64,000 nt of DNA from an uncultured Bacteroides sp. (GTDB lineage Bacteria; Bacteroidota; Bacteroidia; Bacteroidales; Muribaculaceae): positions 159,809-223,808 of the forward strand of contig CAYWAM010000001.1 in NCBI GenBank assembly GCA_964456545.1, read 5' to 3'. The position numbers and the translations under genes are program-made. Under the pieces are notes generated by a model. It searched no databases, was not told where the DNA came from, and saw only the letters and a list, made by a program, of their open reading frames with translations. Within the stretch, counting starts at the first letter, position 1. Each line of letters begins with the position of its first letter. Shown piece after piece: positions 27,946-37,267 of the stretch.

Positions 27946-29688
27946 TTATTTCAATTTATTATTTACTTTTTTTGTAGCACTAGTACGAGCCAGCGAACGA
28001 TTGCTAAACTTCCACACTACAGCGCCATGAGCCGGAATCGAGGTTTCGAAAGGCTCAGCGTCAGTCAGTGTTTTCTTTTTCTTTTGTCCGGACAGCAGGT
28101 CTGTCGCAAAAGCAGTGCCACGGTTCAGCCCCAAGAAATCGAAGGCATGCTCGGGTACGTTGATTGATATTTCGACGTCACGACAATCGAAATTCACTGC
28201 AATCAAAAGCACGTCATCGCCATCAGTGCGCATGAACGCGTACTGACGATGAGGATTGAATCGCGAATTGCTATAATTGACATACATCAAATCGAAGAAT
28301 TTACCCTGACTAATGGCCGGCTCATCATTGCACAAACGCAGTACACGGCTATAAATCTGACGAAGGGCTTTTTCGGCATCAGTGAGATGACCATCGCAAG
28401 TGCCATGGTTCAACCAACGACGCAAAGTGGGTATGCTCCAATAGTCGAAGATTGTGGTACGGCCATTGCGTCCGCTATAGCCTTCTGCTTCATCGCCCTT
28501 CTCGCCAAGTTCCTGACCGGCGTAAACCATAAAAGGTCCGGTCGACAGCATAGCGCTTACTATCAGCGACGGCACCACACGAGCCGGGTCTCCGGCATAT
28601 TCGTCCGAGGCAAAACGCTGCTCATCATGATTCTCTAGGAAATTGAGCATATGATTGCCAATACCATCAACAGTCTGCCAACACGAGGTAAGAGTTGCGG
28701 CTGAGTGATTGGCCGTCTCTATAGCACGCAAACTATCGTAGAGGTTCACCTTGTCGTAGAGATAATCAAACCCGGCTGAATAGATATATTGGCGATAAAG
28801 ACCTACATCGTAAATTTCAGCGATGAAGATGACATCAGGGTTGATTTCTTTAACTCGCTGGATAGCAACACGCCAAAAGTCAACGGGCACCATGTGGGCC
28901 ATATCGCAGCGAAATCCATCAACGCCTTTAGACACCCAAAAACGGAGAATGTCGATCATCTTACCCCACGTAGGAGGCTCTGGCTCAAAGTGACGGCTAC
29001 CGTCGCCATAATCCAAGCCATAGTTGAGTTTTACCGTGTCATACCAATTAAACTGACCGGGAAAGGCCGTAAAGCAATCGTCGCCTGAAGCACGTGCTGG
29101 GAATTCGACATAAGCATCATCGCCGCTACCGAGGTCCACTCCGGCAGGAGCAAACTGCTGGCGAGTGATATAGTAAAAATTGTTGTCGGGGCTGAAGAAC
29201 ATTTCTGTGTTATCGCCCTTGCCAAGGTCTTCTACGCCTGCAGGAGCTGCATCGCTACAATACTGCCGACCGACATGGTTCGGGACGAAATCAATGATGA
29301 CTTTCATTCCTGCACGATGCGTGCGTTCGACTAATTCTTCAAACTCATGCATACGCCCGGGCACGCTCGCGGCCAAGTCCGGATCAATATCGTAGTAGTC
29401 AGTTATTGCATAGGGGCTACCAGCCTTTCCTTTTACCACATGAGGATTGTGGCGTGGTATACCATATGTCGTATAATCAGAAGTGTGCGCATGCTCTATC
29501 ACACCCGTATACCACACGTGCGTGATGCCCATTTGGCGAAGCTCGGCAAGTATCGTCTCGTTAATCTGCACGAGCTTACCACTACCATTTTGTTCGATAG
29601 TACCATTAGGCACTGGCTCCGGGTTGTAGTTCGTAAACAAACGCGGAAGCAACTGATATATAATTGTTTTTTGCTGTGACGCTTTCAT
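27946..29688 (-). CDS. GH13 alpha-amylase-family glycoside hydrolase (no signal peptide)
   Basis: The GH13 conserved regions are present: VIIDFVPNHV, VDGFRCDMAHMV, and FLENHDEQR. The track start at 29724 is TTG, so I chose the ATG at 29688 (MKASQQK). Confidence 0.88.
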   Translation of the reverse strand: MKASQQKTIIYQLLPRLFTNYNPEPVPNGTIEQNGSGKLVQINETILAELRQMGITHVWYTGVIEHAHTSDYTTYGIPRHNPHVVKGKAGSPYAITDYYDIDPDLAASVPGRMHEFEELVERTHRAGMKVIIDFVPNHVGRQYCSDAAPAGVEDLGKGDNTEMFFSPDNNFYYITRQQFAPAGVDLGSGDDAYVEFPARASGDDCFTAFPGQFNWYDTVKLNYGLDYGDGSRHFEPEPPTWGKMIDILRFWVSKGVDGFRCDMAHMVPVDFWRVAIQRVKEINPDVIFIAEIYDVGLYRQYIYSAGFDYLYDKVNLYDSLRAIETANHSAATLTSCWQTVDGIGNHMLNFLENHDEQRFASDEYAGDPARVVPSLIVSAMLSTGPFMVYAGQELGEKGDEAEGYSGRNGRTTIFDYWSIPTLRRWLNHGTCDGHLTDAEKALRQIYSRVLRLCNDEPAISQGKFFDLMYVNYSNSRFNPHRQYAFMRTDGDDVLLIAVNFDCRDVEISINVPEHAFDFLGLNRGTAFATDLLSGQKKKKTLTDAEPFETSIPAHGAVVWKFSNRSLARTSATKKVNNKLK

Positions 29689-29696
29689 CAATCGGT

Positions 29697-30506
29697 TTAT
29701 ATGGTCGTTTTTAGACCCGGCCAAAGGCCTGCGTTGCGCAGTGCACGGCGGGTATGTATATATCCGCTGAGATACACTTCTTTGGTGTATCGCAGGTCGA
29801 AGGTTCTATGATGCTGTATTTCAATAGGCTCTACGTTGATATCGCACATATTCATGTCGACAAATTGATTAGCCTTAGCCATCAAGTTGTAGGTGCGCAG
29901 AGCTACAGAGATGAGCGAATCAGCCTTCTCATTGTTATCTAGAGGACTGACATTGATACCGATAAGTTTTTCGCACTTATCGCGAATAATCCATGCCGGA
30001 TGATTGCGCAGCACACCACCATCGACGTAGGTGACGCCATCAATTACAGCCGGCTTAAATATTATCGGGATTGAGCACGAGGCCACTACACGCTCGGCTA
30101 TTGCTCCGCTATGGAACTCGGCCGGAATACCTTTGTCAAAATCCGTGACGCCGATATATACAGGTATAGGCAGATCTTCGAGATTTGAATATCCGTGTAA
30201 ATGTTTTTCGACAAACTCCTTGAATGGCACCGTGCTGAAAATGCCTCCACCACGTGGACGCAACTTTACAAAATCGGCAAAATTATGGTCTGAGAATATA
30301 TCCAGGAATTCGATAGGCTTGACACCGGCTGCGTATAAAGCCGCAACTACGCTGCCGGCGCTGACACCGGCAATGACATCGGGCTTGAGGCCGGCCTCTT
30401 CGATAGCGGCCAGAGCTCCGGCGTGGGCAAACCCTCGCGCTCCGCCACCGGTCAAAGCTAGGCCTAAACCGTACTTGGCAGTCGTTGTATCCTTCTTTTT
30501 ATCCAT
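29697..30506 (-). CDS. Patatin-like phospholipase
   Basis: GLALTGGGARGFAHAGAL is the oxyanion GGxR motif, and GVSAGS is the GxSxG motif. The track start at 30527 is TTG and sits inside the -7 box, so I chose the ATG at 30506. Confidence 0.88.
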   Translation of the reverse strand: MDKKKDTTTAKYGLGLALTGGGARGFAHAGALAAIEEAGLKPDVIAGVSAGSVVAALYAAGVKPIEFLDIFSDHNFADFVKLRPRGGGIFSTVPFKEFVEKHLHGYSNLEDLPIPVYIGVTDFDKGIPAEFHSGAIAERVVASCSIPIIFKPAVIDGVTYVDGGVLRNHPAWIIRDKCEKLIGINVSPLDNNEKADSLISVALRTYNLMAKANQFVDMNMCDINVEPIEIQHHRTFDLRYTKEVYLSGYIHTRRALRNAGLWPGLKTTI

Positions 30507-30524
30507 TGACGCCTCTTTTCGCGA

Positions 30525-30532
30525 CAAAGTTA
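30525..30532 (-). promoter_or_regulatory. -7 promoter box for the patatin/GH13/prs operon
   Basis: The minus strand reads TAACTTTG, 18 nt upstream of the ATG at 30506. Confidence 0.5.
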
Positions 30533-30601
30533 CGAATTACTTATCATTGTACAAAGTTTTTCGCCTCTCATATTTGATTTTTATTTCTCAATAATTTTTC
30601 A

Positions 30602-30609
30602 TATTTTTG
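30602..30609 (+). promoter_or_regulatory. -7 promoter box for the yraN operon
   Basis: TATTTTTG lies 37 nt upstream of the ATG at 30647. Confidence 0.45.
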
Positions 30610-30646
30610 CCGTGTTAAAAAATAGAGTAATTAACACCCTTAAGTA

Positions 30647-31015
30647 ATGGCTCGTCACAATGAACTCGGTAAATGGGGCGAAAATCTCGCTTGCGAAAAA
30701 CTCATCGCTGAAGGCTGCGCTATTGCCGCACGCAATTGGCGTATGGGACGCTACGAAATCGACATCATAGCCGTGAAAGACGACTACATTATTTTCGCCG
30801 AAGTAAAGACGCGCGCCGACATGGACATAGACCCACTAGAAGCCGTGAATAATCGCAAAATAGCCCACATGGTAGCATCGGCCGAAGTGTACCTACAACA
30901 CAACGACCAGCACCGCCAAGTGCGCTTCGATTTATTTGGCATCAATGGCACACCCGGCAATTATCGACTCGAGCACATACCCGATGCGTTCCTGCCACCG
31001 CTCAAGACTTACTAA
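30647..31015 (+). CDS. yraN: YraN-family (UPF0102) endonuclease-like protein
   Basis: GKWGENLACEKLIAEGCAIAARNWRMGRYEIDIIA..FAEVKTR is the YraN pattern. Confidence 0.85.
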   Translation: MARHNELGKWGENLACEKLIAEGCAIAARNWRMGRYEIDIIAVKDDYIIFAEVKTRADMDIDPLEAVNNRKIAHMVASAEVYLQHNDQHRQVRFDLFGINGTPGNYRLEHIPDAFLPPLKTY

Positions 31016-31026
31016 ATTTACAGAAA

Positions 31027-32817
31027 ATGAAACAAACCGTACAAGCCAACCTAGCCGCCCTTCGAGCACAGATGAAGCAACGCGGCATATCGGCCGCCAT
31101 CATTCCGCAGGCCGACCCCCACATGAGTGAATATCTGTCGGACCATTGGCAGGCTCGCCGAATGCTCAGCGGCTTTACCGGCAGCGCCGGCGATTTGGTC
31201 GTGACTCTCGACAAAGCTCTACTTTGGACCGACTCGCGCTACTTCTTACAGGCAGCAGACCAGCTAGCCGGCACCGAAATCGAACTGATGAAAGATGGTA
31301 TACCCGGAACACCGTCGATTGCTGCCTGGCTATCTGCACGACTGAAACCAACCGAAAAGGTGGGCATCGATGGCATGGTATTTTCGACATACAACAAGGA
31401 AGGTCTCCAGACCGAACTCGAAGCATCAGGCATTGAACTTGTAGCCGACTTCGACGTTTTAGACCAAATTTGGCCCGACCGACCTGCCTTGCCCGCCGGT
31501 GCCGTATTCGTTCATCCCGAACAATTCAGCGGTCAATCAGCTACTACAAAAATCAACGCAATCCTCGAAAAATGCAAGGGTCTCGGTGCGACAGCCATGT
31601 TCATTTCAGCACTCGACGAGACTGCATGGACTCTTAATATACGCAGCAACGACGTAGAATACAATCCTGTAGTAACTTCATTCCTATACATATCGACTAC
31701 CGGCTCGGTTCTGTTCATCGACCCTGTAAAGATTAGCGACGAAGTAGCCAACTACCTAAAATCACAAGGCGTAGCTACTGCGCCCTACTCGACTGTTAAG
31801 TCGTTCTTAGCCTCACTACCCGCTGAGACACGTGTACTAGTCGACACCGCTCGCAATGCTGCAGCAATCGTCGATATCTTGGGCAATCGCACTATAGAAG
31901 CACCATCACCTATCGCGATGCTCAAGGCCGTAAAGAACGACGTGCAACTTGCCGGCATCCGCGCTGCCATGCTCCGCGACGGCGTAGCTATGGTGAAGTC
32001 GCTCTATGAAATTAAGGAACGCGTAGCCGAAGGCCGCCTAACCACAGAAATGGATGTAGCTGACATCTTGCGCAAATACCGTAGCCGCGGCGAATACTTC
32101 TTCGACGAAAGCTTCGGCACAATCGCAGGCTATGGCCCCCATGGCGCCATCGTACACTACGAAGCTGACGAATCGTCAAACTCAACCCTTGCTCCCTCAG
32201 GCTTGCTACTCATCGACTCAGGCGCTCAGTATCTCGACGGCACCACCGACATCACTCGCACCATCGCTCTGAGCCAAGAGCCAACCGCAGCCGAACGCCA
32301 CGACTTCACACTCGTAATGAAGGGCCACATCGCACTAGCCTCAATGGTATTTCCCGAAGGCACCACAGGCCACCAACTCGACGCCATCGCTCGTCAGTAT
32401 CTTTGGAAAGAAGGCCTCAGCTATCTGCATGGCACAGGCCACGGCGTAGGCCACTTCCTCAACGTGCACGAAGGTCCGCAGAGCATTCGACTCAACTACG
32501 TATCGGCAACCCTAACTCCCGGCATGATTACCTCCAACGAACCGGGCCTGTATCGCGAAAACGTACACGGCATTCGCTGCGAGAACCTAGTGCTCACTGT
32601 CGAGAAGATGCAAACCGAATTCGGCCGCTTCTACGGCTTCGAAACTCTGACGCTCTGCCCGTTTGACCGTGCACTTTTCGACACGTCAATCATGACCAAT
32701 GACGAAATACAGTGGCTCAACAACTACCATAGCAAAGTAGCCGAAGCACTCGCTCCGCACCTCGAAGGCGAATACAAGGCTTGGCTGCTCGAGAACACAA
32801 AACCGCTAACAAAGTAA
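31027..32817 (+). CDS. Aminopeptidase P-family (M24B Xaa-Pro) peptidase
   Basis: The N-terminal half is creatinase/prolidase-like. The C-terminal half, DSGAQYLDGTTDITRT..HGTGHGVGHFLNVHEGP..SNEPG, carries the M24 metal ligands. Confidence 0.9.
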   Translation: MKQTVQANLAALRAQMKQRGISAAIIPQADPHMSEYLSDHWQARRMLSGFTGSAGDLVVTLDKALLWTDSRYFLQAADQLAGTEIELMKDGIPGTPSIAAWLSARLKPTEKVGIDGMVFSTYNKEGLQTELEASGIELVADFDVLDQIWPDRPALPAGAVFVHPEQFSGQSATTKINAILEKCKGLGATAMFISALDETAWTLNIRSNDVEYNPVVTSFLYISTTGSVLFIDPVKISDEVANYLKSQGVATAPYSTVKSFLASLPAETRVLVDTARNAAAIVDILGNRTIEAPSPIAMLKAVKNDVQLAGIRAAMLRDGVAMVKSLYEIKERVAEGRLTTEMDVADILRKYRSRGEYFFDESFGTIAGYGPHGAIVHYEADESSNSTLAPSGLLLIDSGAQYLDGTTDITRTIALSQEPTAAERHDFTLVMKGHIALASMVFPEGTTGHQLDAIARQYLWKEGLSYLHGTGHGVGHFLNVHEGPQSIRLNYVSATLTPGMITSNEPGLYRENVHGIRCENLVLTVEKMQTEFGRFYGFETLTLCPFDRALFDTSIMTNDEIQWLNNYHSKVAEALAPHLEGEYKAWLLENTKPLTK

Positions 32818-32848
32818 CAAACAGATTCAGCCCAACACACCATAAGAC

Positions 32849-33385
32849 ATGGCACTCATAATCCCTGTACGCGGCTTCGAGCCCAGAATTGGTCAAGGAT
32901 GTTTTCTTGCCGAAAATGCAACCATCATCGGCGACACAGTCGTCGGCGACGATTGCTCGGTATGGTTCAACACCGTACTACGCGGCGACGTTAACTCTAT
33001 CCGGATAGGCAACCGCGTGAATATCCAAGACGGTAGCGTGCTACACACTTTATACCAGAAATCGACAATTGAAATCGGCGATGATGTGTCAATCGGACAC
33101 AACGTGACAATCCACGGTGCAAAGATTCGCGACTACGCACTCATAGGCATGGGTGCCGTAGTGATGGATGACGCTGAAGTTGGCGAAGGTGCTATCGTGG
33201 CAGCCGGCTCCGTGGTCCTATCACGCACGAAAATCGGCCCGAACGAACTATGGGGCGGCGCTCCGGCCAAGTTCATCAAAATGGTCGACCCCGCGCAAAG
33301 CAAAGAGATGAACCAAAAGATAGCTCACAACTATTTAATGTACTCGCGCTGGTACACCGACCCCGACACGACGGTAGCAGAATAA
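32849..33385 (+). CDS. Gamma-class carbonic anhydrase-family (hexapeptide repeat) protein
   Basis: VWFNTVLRGDVNSIRIGNRVNIQDGSVLH..IGHNVTIHG is a left-handed beta-helix signature. Confidence 0.88.
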   Translation: MALIIPVRGFEPRIGQGCFLAENATIIGDTVVGDDCSVWFNTVLRGDVNSIRIGNRVNIQDGSVLHTLYQKSTIEIGDDVSIGHNVTIHGAKIRDYALIGMGAVVMDDAEVGEGAIVAAGSVVLSRTKIGPNELWGGAPAKFIKMVDPAQSKEMNQKIAHNYLMYSRWYTDPDTTVAE

Positions 33386-33404
33386 GCACCAATCTGAATC
33401 ATAC

Positions 33405-33445
33405 GACGCAGCCACTTCGCAAATGCGAAGTGGCTGCGTCATTTT
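33405..33445 (+). terminator. Intrinsic terminator after the gamma-CA gene
   Basis: A perfect 16-bp stem, GACGCAGCCACTTCGC-aaat-GCGAAGTGGCTGCGTC, is followed by ATTTT. Confidence 0.8.
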
Positions 33446-33466
33446 AAGGACAAAACTATAATTGAC

Positions 33467-33508
33467 AAAAAAAATCCGCCGAAGTATCTGCATCGACACT
33501 TCGGCGGA
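33467..33508 (-). terminator. Intrinsic terminator after the lipoprotein operon
   Basis: TCCGCCGAAGT pairs with ACTTCGGCGGA, an 11-bp stem. The A8 run on the plus strand gives a U-tract after the hairpin on the minus strand. It lies 22 nt after the stop at 33531. Confidence 0.75.
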
Positions 33509-33530
33509 GTTTAAGTATAGAATCTAGCTA

Positions 33531-35681
33531 TTATTCGTAGATGAGTTCGAGGTCGTCAAGCCACATCTTCGAGCCTGAGCCACCGGTGAAGTAGTCACCG
33601 CCAATCGAAGCCGAAGCCGTACACATAATGTAGGTAGGCACGACATCAGTGCGATTGTAAGTCAGTTCGATTGTGAACTCTACCATGCTATCGCCGGCAG
33701 TTGCTTCCTTGTAGACTACTTCGCCATAGGCAATGACGTTCGAGCCGTTCTTATCGAATAGCGACTTGGGTTTTGCTGTCGCAATTACTACAGGATAGTC
33801 GGAAGTCTCACTCTTATCATGCACGAAGGTCTCATCGAGCAGAGCGATGTAGATGATTGCATTATCAGTATCGCCCTTCGCGAGGTCTGTATATCCGTCA
33901 TTTACATGAGTTACATCAACCGGCGAATATTTAACCCAACCACGTAGCTTGCTCGGACGACTAGTCCAAGGACGGCCCCAGCCAAGGACACCATTGGTGC
34001 CTGCTGTGCGCAAGTATTCACCAATAAAGATATTACCCGCAGCAAATTTACCTAAGGATCCGAGTCCGACAAATTGCGAGTGCAGGCACAGCGAATTGCC
34101 CGAATGAGCTACGCTCGAATCCAGATAAGTCACCATCTTGCTCATAGTAGCCGAGCCATGGTTACCTGAATCCCAGAATTTCTGGTCACCTTCTTTATAG
34201 AAGCAGGTTACTTTTCCTTCTGAACAGCTTTCTTCGAAGCTCGAGTTGGGGAACTGGCGAGCGGTCTCGGTCGTAAACTCGCATACGGTGCTCGAGTCGA
34301 AACCGTCGCATGCCGCGATATATTCATATGTAGTCGCCGGCTTGAGGTCAGTGATTACAGCCTGCATATTTTTACCGATGACCGTAGTAGTCGCTGAAGT
34401 CCAAGCCTGGGTACCCTTTTCACGATATTTCATGACAGGGTTTGCAGCGCTTTCCTTGTTAATCATACCAGTGATTGTAGCCTTAGTAGCCCAAGCTGCA
34501 CCGGCTGCGGCTTCTATGGTAGTAACATCATCAGCAGAAATCTTGATTCGCAGGGTTGCGCGTCCGGTCTTACCGTTTTGGTCAGTAGCAGCTATATCGA
34601 TGTTGTATTCGCCATCGACAAGTGCATCGGTGAACTCTGATTCAAAAGAAAGCTTCACGGTCGAAACGCCTTCGTCTTCGTATATAGTCTCGAAATAGTT
34701 GATGCCTGCGGCAGCAATAGCTTCCTGAAGGACATCATCCGACATACGCACTAAATCAAAGTCATTGCCCGAAATACCAAACAGATCGGTGAAGTAGTCG
34801 CTGGTGAGCACGAGGCTCTGAAGGCCGCCATGAACATTAAGCCACAGCACTTTGCGACCTATTTTACCGGATTCGCCGGTCTGGGTCTCACTCAGTTCAA
34901 ATCCTACGCCCTTGATTATCGGGGCCGAAGCAATCTGAATTTCGTCGGCAATATCGATGGTTTCCTCATCAATAGTGATTGTAAGGTAACCGCCACCGAG
35001 CGACTCGTCGGTCGATGGGCAATTTACACTGACTGTATAGAGCGTAGTTGGCTTTACGGCCGCGATTGTGCCCTGACGTTCGAACTCTGAGCCATCGTTA
35101 AGCTTACCTTTGAGGGTCCAAGTAAGGTCCTTGTCGCGCGAGTTCATCATGAAATAGCCTATCGCATCGGTTCGGCCTACAAAGTCGAGCGTACCCTGCG
35201 AGTGGCCAATGGTCATGACATAGTCCGTAAGCACATTGTCTACATCATCGTCATAACTAACCTGTACGGCCGTGTTGGCAATTTTGCAAACTACCGATAC
35301 ACTCTGATTAGAGCCGTTTGAGACAACGAATTCTTCTCGTCCTTTAAAGTAACGAGAGTCAAACGACGCGGGCACAGAGTCTCCGGCCCATGCTTCTGCT
35401 ACATAACGGTCGCTTAACAGCTTTATACCTTCGGTGGGCATCTCAGCTGCGCCATTATACTTGCGCACGACACCCTTGGCATTTGAAAGCCAAACGATGC
35501 ATGACTCCTGCAAGTCTTGCTCGCCTGCTCGACCATAAACCTTGATGTCGGTGCTAACCTTAGTCGTCAGAAAGATTGTGCCCTCGCCCGAGCTGAGCAG
35601 GGCGTCGTCGCTCGAACAACCGACAATTGCGGTGGCAGCTATCGCTGCCGTAGCCGCACAAATTATTGTCTTTTTCATCAT
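33531..35681 (-). CDS. Surface lipoprotein, paralog 3 (DUF4493-like N-terminal module, FN3-like domain, PCMD-like C-terminal domain)
   Basis: The lipobox is AIVGC-SSDD. The N-terminal module reads SFDSRYFKGREEFVV..VVCKIANTAVQVSY. An FN3-like segment reads ITDLKPATTYEY. The C-terminus is WDSGNHGS..SRPSKLRGWVKYSP..GGSGSKMWLDDLELIYE. The start makes an ATGA overlap with the upstream gene. Confidence 0.8.
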   Translation of the reverse strand: MMKKTIICAATAAIAATAIVGCSSDDALLSSGEGTIFLTTKVSTDIKVYGRAGEQDLQESCIVWLSNAKGVVRKYNGAAEMPTEGIKLLSDRYVAEAWAGDSVPASFDSRYFKGREEFVVSNGSNQSVSVVCKIANTAVQVSYDDDVDNVLTDYVMTIGHSQGTLDFVGRTDAIGYFMMNSRDKDLTWTLKGKLNDGSEFERQGTIAAVKPTTLYTVSVNCPSTDESLGGGYLTITIDEETIDIADEIQIASAPIIKGVGFELSETQTGESGKIGRKVLWLNVHGGLQSLVLTSDYFTDLFGISGNDFDLVRMSDDVLQEAIAAAGINYFETIYEDEGVSTVKLSFESEFTDALVDGEYNIDIAATDQNGKTGRATLRIKISADDVTTIEAAAGAAWATKATITGMINKESAANPVMKYREKGTQAWTSATTTVIGKNMQAVITDLKPATTYEYIAACDGFDSSTVCEFTTETARQFPNSSFEESCSEGKVTCFYKEGDQKFWDSGNHGSATMSKMVTYLDSSVAHSGNSLCLHSQFVGLGSLGKFAAGNIFIGEYLRTAGTNGVLGWGRPWTSRPSKLRGWVKYSPVDVTHVNDGYTDLAKGDTDNAIIYIALLDETFVHDKSETSDYPVVIATAKPKSLFDKNGSNVIAYGEVVYKEATAGDSMVEFTIELTYNRTDVVPTYIMCTASASIGGDYFTGGSGSKMWLDDLELIYE

Positions 35682-37258
35682 TCTACTACAAATGTGAGGG
35701 TTTTGGTCAGCGACGAACCATTCTGGTCTGTCACAGAAATAACGAACTGGTGCTCACCGGCAAACGCCTGCAGCAGCGGAATGAACTGTGTAATATCGAA
35801 GAGCATTTCAGTCTTGCCGATAACCTGGTCACCAACAGGGAAGAGGCTACCAAGCATTTGAGCTACTTCTTCGCTTTCGGGATGAGCAAGGTCGAACTTC
35901 ATGGGGAGAAGATCGCTTACCGAAGCTTCAAAATCAGGGCTGGAGGTCTTGATTTCTACTTCAAGTTTATCGATGCCGGCGGCTGCCTTGATGGTTACTT
36001 TACCATCCATACCCTCAGTAGGAACCATCGATTCTTCGAAGCTGAGCGAAGCTGATTCAATGGTAATCTGACCTTCGACCTTCTTGCCGGGAGCTGCGAT
36101 GCGGAATGTAGCTACCGCTCCATTTGCGTCTGTACCGGTGACGATGTATGCGTGCGTGCCGGTGTACTCGGCTGCCTTAGCAAGCAGAGCTGCAAAATCG
36201 AGATTTACTGCAGTTGCACCAGCGACAGCTGTTGCTGCGGGTAAGCCGTAAGAAGCGATAGCCGATTCGGCAGCGCCGGGAGCAGCAAGGTCTACGCCGT
36301 TAATTGTCGACAGAGCTGCAGACAGTTCGACATTGTCAGTGGTAACACCGAGAGTCAGCGAAGTGAGGCCTTCTGCAGCTACAACTTTCAGAACGCTGCC
36401 TGCATAAGACATTTCAACATTTTCCTTGAAATCTTCCTTGCCGGGGCGATCATCATCAGAACCGACTTCTTCGCCAGGTTTTATGCTACCATCGATATTT
36501 TCATCACTAACAGAGGTGCTTACATTAATACCGTCGCTAGGATCGATATAGCCGATCTCTACCTCGGGATCTTTGTTATTCTCCTTTAATGAGAATGTAA
36601 TGATGCGATGCTGACCGGCAGCCACGTTGGTGTAGGTTTTGGTGAAATTCTCATTGTAGCCCATCACGTCACCGCTAAATGTAGCAGCAAGAGTCATCGA
36701 GCCATCAACAACTTCAAAGTAGCCAGCGCGAGTCTCGTCGGGAGTATAAGTAAGCTCGCCTAGGTCATTGGCTACGACTTTCACCTTAACATTATCACCC
36801 ATTACAGCTCGGAGGTCATCGGCAAAGATTATAGTCACCTTCAGCGAAGCAAACTTGCAGACAACATTTTCGAGTTCAGTGATTTTGCCATTAAAAATTT
36901 CAAAGTCGCGTTTGCCGGTGAAATACGGATGGTCCCACTCGGCTTTTTGCACGTTGTGCGATTTCACGTCGACTGTATATTTACCGATGGGAAGCTCGAA
37001 GATTTCGGGCATTTCTCCATAAGTCCATTGCTGCTGCTGAGCGCCGGCTTCATTGTAGATTGTAACAATGAAGGGATTCAGGTCTACTGTCGAACGAGAA
37101 TCGCCTACGACTGTTTCTGCACTTTCGACTTCTACACCGAGTGTCGACAAAGCTACGCGGCCCGTCTTTTCCGTCGAATAGTTAAATTCTTCGGTACAGC
37201 CGACGGACAAAGTCGCTGCTGCGAAAAGTGTCGCTATATAAATTATCTTGGTTTTCAT
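35678..37258 (-). CDS. Surface lipoprotein, paralog 2 (DUF4493-like N-terminal module; no PCMD-like tail)
   Basis: The lipobox is LSVGC-TEEF. The N-terminal module is GKYTVDVKSHN..WDHPYFTGKRDFEI..VVCKFASLKVTI. The C-terminal half is Ala/Gly-rich and Ig-like. Confidence 0.8.
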   Translation of the reverse strand: MKTKIIYIATLFAAATLSVGCTEEFNYSTEKTGRVALSTLGVEVESAETVVGDSRSTVDLNPFIVTIYNEAGAQQQQWTYGEMPEIFELPIGKYTVDVKSHNVQKAEWDHPYFTGKRDFEIFNGKITELENVVCKFASLKVTIIFADDLRAVMGDNVKVKVVANDLGELTYTPDETRAGYFEVVDGSMTLAATFSGDVMGYNENFTKTYTNVAAGQHRIITFSLKENNKDPEVEIGYIDPSDGINVSTSVSDENIDGSIKPGEEVGSDDDRPGKEDFKENVEMSYAGSVLKVVAAEGLTSLTLGVTTDNVELSAALSTINGVDLAAPGAAESAIASYGLPAATAVAGATAVNLDFAALLAKAAEYTGTHAYIVTGTDANGAVATFRIAAPGKKVEGQITIESASLSFEESMVPTEGMDGKVTIKAAAGIDKLEVEIKTSSPDFEASVSDLLPMKFDLAHPESEEVAQMLGSLFPVGDQVIGKTEMLFDITQFIPLLQAFAGEHQFVISVTDQNGSSLTKTLTFVVE

Positions 37259-37267
37259 TTCAGAATA